From Verrucomicrobiia bacterium (GTDB taxonomy: Bacteria > Verrucomicrobiota > Verrucomicrobiia > Palsa-1439): 64,000 nt of DNA. The notes below the pieces were generated by a model that saw only the letters and a program-made list of their open reading frames with translations, did not search any database and had not been told where the DNA came from. Of this stretch, positions 58,701 through 64,000 are shown piece after piece. Position numbers and translations under genes: made by a program. Within the stretch, counting starts at the first letter, position 1. Each line of letters opens with the position of its first letter. The DNA is taken from positions 21,412-85,411 of the forward strand of contig DATIZX010000055.1 in the NCBI GenBank assembly GCA_035516795.1, written 5' to 3'.

Positions 58701-59522
58701 TCAATGTTCGACGTTCGTGCGTCTGATTGTCGCGCCCAGCTCGGCATGCGCGGCCATGAACCGTTTCACGCGGCGCGCGTCGACCGGCTTGTTCCAGCGT
58801 CCGTCCACCTTGAAGTAGGATCCCACGATGAATCCGTCCGCGGCATCGTAGAACGTGGGCAGATTCTCCGCCGTGATGCCGGAACCGAGATACACCGGCA
58901 ATCGACAATGACGTTTGGCGTCGGTGACGTCGATCAGTTGCGGCGCATCGCCGGTGACCGATCCCGTCACAATCACCGCATCGCCCCGCATAAACTCCAC
59001 CGCTTCCGCCGTCGCCGCAATGTCCACGTCGGCGGTAATCGCATGGGAACTGTGTTTCTTCTTCACGTCCGCCCAGACCTGCACGCGGTCGGCGCCAATT
59101 TGTTTCCGATACCGCAATAACTTTGCCGCCGACGACTGGATCAATCCTTCGTCGGCGACGTGGGCAAACGCGAATCCCTCGGCGCGGATGAAATCGAGCC
59201 CGGCCGTATGCGCGACGGCCATCGCTTCGAGGTTGGCGCCGGCCAACACCTGCACGCCGCAGGGTAATCCGCTGGCCTCTTTCATCGCGCGGGCAATGAG
59301 CGTCATCGCGGCGACGATCTCGGGGCCGACCTCGCCGCGGAGGTACGGCGTGTCGTGCATGTTCTCCAACATCAATCCGTGCACGCCCGCCGACCGGTAG
59401 AGTTTGGCCTCCCGCACCGCGTCGGCTTCGAGTTGCGCCAGATTGAATCGCGCCGCCGGCGTGCCGGGCAGCGCGCCCACGTGAATCATGGCAATGACAG
59501 GTTTCTTCGCTGAAAAGCGCAT
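58701..59522 (-). CDS. BtpA/SgcQ-family TIM-barrel protein
   Basis: 273 aa. BtpA family similarity (VIAMIHVGALPG..., LMLENMHDTPY, GSGITAEN). Confidence 0.65.
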   Translation of the reverse strand: MRFSAKKPVIAMIHVGALPGTPAARFNLAQLEADAVREAKLYRSAGVHGLMLENMHDTPYLRGEVGPEIVAAMTLIARAMKEASGLPCGVQVLAGANLEAMAVAHTAGLDFIRAEGFAFAHVADEGLIQSSAAKLLRYRKQIGADRVQVWADVKKKHSSHAITADVDIAATAEAVEFMRGDAVIVTGSVTGDAPQLIDVTDAKRHCRLPVYLGSGITAENLPTFYDAADGFIVGSYFKVDGRWNKPVDARRVKRFMAAHAELGATIRRTNVEH

Positions 59523-59712
59523 GACGCGGGATTATAGCCGTCCGCCGACGCGAACCAAGCCGTAAACCACGAAGTCGACCTGCTGTGGCGGGGAGGCGAA
59601 GTCTTCACCCAAAGGAACACGAATCGACGCGAAGAGGCAGCGCGCCTTTTGTTCGGAGTCTGCCTTCTATTTTCTTTCAAGATTCCAGTAGCGCTTCCAC
59701 CTTCCACCCAGT

Positions 59713-60756
59713 ATGATGGCGCCAGTGATTCAGAGAAGTATGGTGTGGTTGTTCGCTTTTGCGAGCCTGTTCTTATCGTCGGTGGCCTGGGCCGGACCAG
59801 ATCCGTTGGTGAGGCTGAAGGGTTTCAGCGAGTTTCCATCCGTCAACATCCAAGACCTCCTCAAGGGCGAGATTCTGAGCGAGCCGGGTGCGCTCATGGA
59901 CTTCAAAAACGGGATTTCGGCACAGACCTGTTACGCCGTGTTCGTGCCAGCCCAACAAGCGGCCCGAAAACTCCAACTTTGGAATCCGTCCCTTCACCAG
60001 GACTTGAAGATCTTCAAGTTTCACCCCGTCAACGAGCCCTCCGCACCGATGGATTTTCGGGACATGAGTCTGAAATCAAACCAACGCCCGATCCGCTGGT
60101 TGCTGGATAAGACGCGCGCGACAACACCAACGCAATCGGACCTGAACTTGTCAAAGGAGGAAGCCGAGCAACTGGCCGCTTGCGTGAAGAACCACCCCGA
60201 CCCTCAAGCCGTCAGCGCCTGCTGGGCGCAGTTGCTGCAGCAACGCGCGCTGGCGTTCGAGCAGCAGGGCTTCGCCGGCGTCGCGCCCTACGAAACCGGC
60301 GGCGAGACCATGTCTCCGGTAACGCAGCTTCGAACCATGTTGCGCGAGCAGCCTGCCGTCGCCACTGAATTCGCCCCGATGCTGCGAGAAAGCGGCGTCC
60401 TCGGGCAAGAGGGCAAGCTCGATCCGTTTCATTATTGGGGCATGTACGAAGCCGATCACCGCGCCGTATTGAATTTGGGAGCGGTGTATCTGCTGCCGGT
60501 GGGCAACCGCTACCAACTGATGGACGCGCAGTATTATGTCAGCGGCGTCTATTATTCATTTGTCACGCTGTACGAGGTTTGGCCCATTCAACTCGGCAAC
60601 CAGGCGGCTTCGCTGATTTGGCGAGGTGACTTCTTTGCGGCCCCTGTGCTACAGTTCACCAGTGGATTTGAAAGGCTCGCGTACGGCGCGGTCATGGTCC
60701 AGGAACTCAAGAAGGCGATTCGCGCCTTTCAAGATGACGTGAAAACGAAACCTTAA
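59713..60756 (+). CDS. secreted hypothetical protein
   Basis: Signal peptide. No recognisable domain. Confidence 0.45.
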   Translation: MMAPVIQRSMVWLFAFASLFLSSVAWAGPDPLVRLKGFSEFPSVNIQDLLKGEILSEPGALMDFKNGISAQTCYAVFVPAQQAARKLQLWNPSLHQDLKIFKFHPVNEPSAPMDFRDMSLKSNQRPIRWLLDKTRATTPTQSDLNLSKEEAEQLAACVKNHPDPQAVSACWAQLLQQRALAFEQQGFAGVAPYETGGETMSPVTQLRTMLREQPAVATEFAPMLRESGVLGQEGKLDPFHYWGMYEADHRAVLNLGAVYLLPVGNRYQLMDAQYYVSGVYYSFVTLYEVWPIQLGNQAASLIWRGDFFAAPVLQFTSGFERLAYGAVMVQELKKAIRAFQDDVKTKP

Positions 60757-60775
60757 ACACCGGTCCCCACCCGTC

Positions 60776-61681
60776 ATGACCCGTTGGTGCCCACAAACGC
60801 CAGGGGCGGCTTTCCTTCTCACGCTACTCGCCTTGCCGTTCCTCCTGTCCAACACCAACGCGGCCTCCCCCTTGATGGCCACGGCGCAGGAATTCGACGC
60901 CGACTTTGATTACGTGGCGGGCGCGCCCACGCACCTGCGGGGCGCGAACATCGGTTCCGTCGAAGAATTCAACGCGGCCGCCCGCTATGCCGTTTCCCCG
61001 GCGATTACGAAGCGCTTGCTGCTGCGGCTCGGTGCGGAATGGCAGCGCTCCGATCTGCGGGTGCCGGACAACGTCCCGCTGCCCAAGACGCTCCAACAAG
61101 CCAGCGCGATTGTCGGCCTGGACTGCCAACTCACAGACCAATGGCTCTTGCGCACGGAACTCGACCCCGGCATTTACAGCGATTTCAAGGACGTGAGTTG
61201 GCGCGACGTCAATGCGCCGTTCCTGCTCACCGCGGCGTGCGTGGTGGACGCCGATTTCCAATGGTTCGTCGGGCTGCGCCTCAACCTCTACAGCCAATAT
61301 CCCGTCTGGCCCGTGCTCGGCCTGCGCTGGAAATTCGCTGATGAATGGACCTTGAACCTGATCCTGCCGCACCCGCGGCTGGAGTACGACGTGAACGAAC
61401 GGTTGAAGCTTTACCTCGGCGGACGAGTCCAGGGCGGCACCTACCGGGTCAGCGACGACTTCGGGACCGACCACGGCGACCCCCGGCTCAACCACGAACT
61501 GTTGGATCAATATGAATTGCGAGTCGGCCCCGGCGTTTCGTGGAGACTGCTTCGCAACATGACCATCGACCTCGACGTCGGCTACATGGTTTATCGGGAG
61601 TTCAACTTCTTCGATCACCACGTTGTGCTGCGAAGCAATCCCGCGCCTTACGGCCAAATCGCCTGGCACCTCCGTTTTTGA
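60776..61681 (+). CDS. putative outer-membrane beta-barrel protein
   Basis: Signal peptide. Alternating amphipathic beta-strand pattern and a C-terminal aromatic residue (…WHLRF). Confidence 0.45.
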   Translation: MTRWCPQTPGAAFLLTLLALPFLLSNTNAASPLMATAQEFDADFDYVAGAPTHLRGANIGSVEEFNAAARYAVSPAITKRLLLRLGAEWQRSDLRVPDNVPLPKTLQQASAIVGLDCQLTDQWLLRTELDPGIYSDFKDVSWRDVNAPFLLTAACVVDADFQWFVGLRLNLYSQYPVWPVLGLRWKFADEWTLNLILPHPRLEYDVNERLKLYLGGRVQGGTYRVSDDFGTDHGDPRLNHELLDQYELRVGPGVSWRLLRNMTIDLDVGYMVYREFNFFDHHVVLRSNPAPYGQIAWHLRF

Positions 61682-61797
61682 ATGGACAGGAAGTTCTTGA
61701 CCGCGAATGCGCGCGACTGCGCAAATATTCCCTCACTCGCCGGCGCAAACGACAGCGTATCCGGCCTCTCCCTCAACCAAGGGAGAGGGAACGGTGA

Positions 61798-61933
61798 GAG
61801 GCTGTTGAAAAAGTGGTTGAACCTGCGGATCCGGGTTGTAGGCCGACTCTGTGAGTCGGCGATCCCTTCGAGAATTCCGCCGCTTCGCAGAAGCGGCCTA
61901 CAGTTAGACGGCTGGAATGTGAGTTTTTCAACG
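61798..61933. repeat. MITE-like structured repeat element, copy 2 (3' TIR truncated)
   Basis: Matches copy 1 over about 135 bp with one internal mismatch. Preceded by hairpin CCTCTCCCT-caacca-AGGGAGAGG (61763-61790). Confidence 0.6.
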
Positions 61934-62084
61934 GTTTCGTGAGGGTTGCCCCCCTTGTCGCGATGTAGCTTCATGCGAAGGCGGATGCTATACTTCGCGG
62001 CTCATGCATCTCGCGAAACGAATCATGTCCTGCAGGCGTCGAGTCACCGTGGGATTGGTTGGCCTTCGAGCGGCCAACAAAACC

Positions 62085-63176
62085 ATGCGGCTCGTAACGG
62101 CACGGTTTGCCGGCGCACCTTTGCTGCGCAGGCTAAAGCCTGCGGCTACAGTTTTGTTGGGCGCTCTTCTGCTCCTCGGCGCGGGCCGTTTGCCCGCTGC
62201 GGCGCCGGCCGACGACGAGCAAACGGGATTTCTCGCTGTCACCGATGAGAACGATTCGTTCGCCAATATGTTCGGCGACCATCAAGATCGCCATTACACG
62301 GCGGGACTCAAGATACTTCTGATGGGCGGCGACGATTTCGCCACCAACCTGACCGGGCGCCTCAATCGCCTGGAGAACTGGGGAATCGTGCCCGAAGCCG
62401 CCGACCTTGGCTGGATTATTCTCGGCCAGAACATTTACACGCCGCAAGACATCCTCAACCCGGACCCGATCCACGAAGACCGGCCCTACGCCGGCTGGCT
62501 GTACACGGGCGCCGTTTACCAGCGCCGCGGCGCGCTCGCCACCAATCTGTTCGTGATGGAGAATTTCGAGATTAACATCGGCATGGTGGGCGAGGACTCG
62601 TTGGCCGAGGAAGCGCAGAAAACGATCCATCGCTGGTGGTTTCCCGACGACATCCCGAAAGGGTGGGGGCACCAACTCCGCGACGAACCCGGCCTCGTAT
62701 TGAAGTATGCGCGTTTGTGGCGTTACTCGCCTACGACCGAAACGGCGCGGCATATGGACCTGATTCCCTACGTCGGCGGCGACTTGGGCAACGTGTTCAC
62801 CTTCGCCACCGCGGGCGCGACCGCACGCGTCGGGTTCAATCTGCCCGACGACTTCGGGATGCAGATCATCGACTCGCCCGCATCCGTCAACGGCGGGTTG
62901 ACGCGCCAGGCGCCCTCGTGGTCGGCGTACGCGTTTGGCGGAATGGCCGGCCGTTTGGTGGCGCACGACATTACGCTCGACGGCAATTCCTTCCGTGGCG
63001 GCCCGAGCGTCGAGAAGCGGAACCTGGTGGGCGACCTGAGTTGGGGCGGCGCGATCCGCTTGTTCCGTCACGTCGAAGTCGCTTACACGCACACCGAGCG
63101 GACGATCGAATTTCGCGGTCAACACGGCGACGACAAGTTCGGCTCGATCACCGTCAAAGGCATGTTTTGCTTTTAA
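62085..63176 (+). CDS. LpxR-like lipid A deacylase family / outer-membrane protein (tentative)
   Basis: Signal-peptide-like N-terminus. The VTDENDSF...DRHYTAGLKI block is reminiscent of LpxR/DUF2219 family. C-terminal F. Start taken at M28 of the listed ORF. Confidence 0.4.
   Translation: MRLVTARFAGAPLLRRLKPAATVLLGALLLLGAGRLPAAAPADDEQTGFLAVTDENDSFANMFGDHQDRHYTAGLKILLMGGDDFATNLTGRLNRLENWGIVPEAADLGWIILGQNIYTPQDILNPDPIHEDRPYAGWLYTGAVYQRRGALATNLFVMENFEINIGMVGEDSLAEEAQKTIHRWWFPDDIPKGWGHQLRDEPGLVLKYARLWRYSPTTETARHMDLIPYVGGDLGNVFTFATAGATARVGFNLPDDFGMQIIDSPASVNGGLTRQAPSWSAYAFGGMAGRLVAHDITLDGNSFRGGPSVEKRNLVGDLSWGGAIRLFRHVEVAYTHTERTIEFRGQHGDDKFGSITVKGMFCF
62127..62153. repeat. short repeat family (CGCAGGCTAAAGCCTGCGGCTACAGTT), copy 1; further copies at 63785..63811 (reverse) and 63939..63954 (partial)
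   Basis: Direct sequence comparison. Contains the palindrome CAGGCTAAAGCCTG. Overlaps N-terminal coding regions. Confidence 0.4.
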
Positions 63177-63412
63177 TCCACTGATTACACGGATTGCACG
63201 GATTCGTTTGTAGGGCGCGAATGCCCGAAGGGTTTCGCGCCTAAGCTCCGTCGTGATGCTGTTTCCAAAGACAGCGGCGCGATACCTACACCACAGGCAT
63301 CGCGCCCTACAATCATTTGCCTGCACGGCTATATCCAGATGCGCATCTTCTTCGGATTGCCTCTTGTTTTCGGTGATGCTACTTTGGACAATCATTCAAA
63401 ACAGGAGGCAAC

Positions 63413-63727
63413 ATGGGTCTTTATCTCGTCGAACACAGGCACACTGCCGAGACGTGTCCGCGTCGGAGCAAGGAGACAGTGAACCAACTGTTTACCCATC
63501 TCACGCCGTACAACGCCGCCAAGCTTGGCGTGCAAATCCTCGGCGACTGGGTGAACGACGACGAGCATCATCTCGTGTTGATTTTGGAAGCGTCCGATCA
63601 AGACACGGTGGCACGCTTCGTCAATCCGCTGGCGGCGATTGGCTCGGTGGCGATTCACCAGGGGACGGTCTGCTCGGAAGTGTCGGAGCAATGCCTGGCC
63701 GCTGAATCCAAATCCACCACAAAGTAA
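63413..63727 (+). CDS. small hypothetical protein (104 aa)
   Basis: Strong SD (AGGAGG) 6 nt upstream of the ATG. No recognisable domain. Confidence 0.5.
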   Translation: MGLYLVEHRHTAETCPRRSKETVNQLFTHLTPYNAAKLGVQILGDWVNDDEHHLVLILEASDQDTVARFVNPLAAIGSVAIHQGTVCSEVSEQCLAAESKSTTK

Positions 63728-64000
63728 AACGAATTCACAACGGTCTGCTGATTTCCATGTAGCCGCACCGTTGCCGCAGACAACAGCGGCTGACAAAACT
63801 GTAGTCGCAGGCTTTAGCCTGCGCGGGGAAGACGCACCCATAAAGGGTACGGCTACACGGAAATCGGTTTTGTTAGGCGCTCTAAGCCGAAAACTGCACC
63901 AGCAGCTTGAGACGACATGACGACGTTTTCACGGCAACCCTGCGGCTACAGTTCTGTTGGTTGTATTCGGCTTCGCCCCGCGGACCGGAACCGGTGACGG

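Noticed and set aside
58417-61933. Possible CRISPR array given repeated ~140-bp sequences
   Set aside because: Only two copies 3.2 kb apart. Each has terminal inverted repeats and internal palindromes. No regular spacer-repeat periodicity and no cas genes. It is MITE-like, not CRISPR.
62133-63395. 420-aa minus-strand ORF
   Set aside because: Antisense to the LpxR-like ORF, which has a signal peptide and a C-terminal aromatic residue. Composition-driven.

Overview
High-GC (~60%) chromosomal segment from a diderm (Gram-negative-type) bacterium: LptF/G, LolA-like, OM beta-barrel, LpxR-like and RlpA-like genes are present. Contents in order:
- Housekeeping metabolism: CoA-transferase, methylmalonyl-CoA epimerase, dihydropyrimidinase, a secreted SGNH hydrolase, MutL, tRNA-His.
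- Two tandem YfhO-like polytopic membrane-protein paralogs plus LptF/G, then an AddB/AddA-type helicase-nuclease pair translationally coupled to a PHP phosphoesterase, then an MscS channel.
- A large trehalose/alpha-glucan supercluster: TreS-maltokinase fusion, GlgB, GlgX, TreY, TreZ, a secreted thioredoxin, a GH15 hydrolase, a decayed TreT-like trehalose synthase pseudogene, and a convergent 4-gene sugar ABC importer.
- The stretch I consider most likely to be novel is a compact 7-gene operon plus two flanking genes (about 41.6-51.9 kb). It encodes a B12-binding radical SAM enzyme, a fused KS-CLF ketosynthase didomain, an ACP, a flavin-dependent halogenase carrying both signature motifs, an LPLAT acyltransferase, a LolA-like protein and a hotdog dehydratase. 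Beside it sit a beta-lactamase-fold serine hydrolase and a second B12-radical SAM enzyme. GT2 (HpnI-like), epimerase (HpnA-like) and YdjC (HpnK-like) genes lie a few kb further on. This looks like an aryl-polyene/xanthomonadin-type halogenated lipid or polyene cluster with unusual radical-SAM tailoring.
- The 3' end (58-64 kb) is repeat-rich. It holds two near-identical ~140-bp MITE-like structured elements with terminal inverted repeats, a short 27-bp repeat family in three copies, and a heavily palindromic intergenic region.
- No CRISPR array, rRNA or obvious phage/IS genes were seen.
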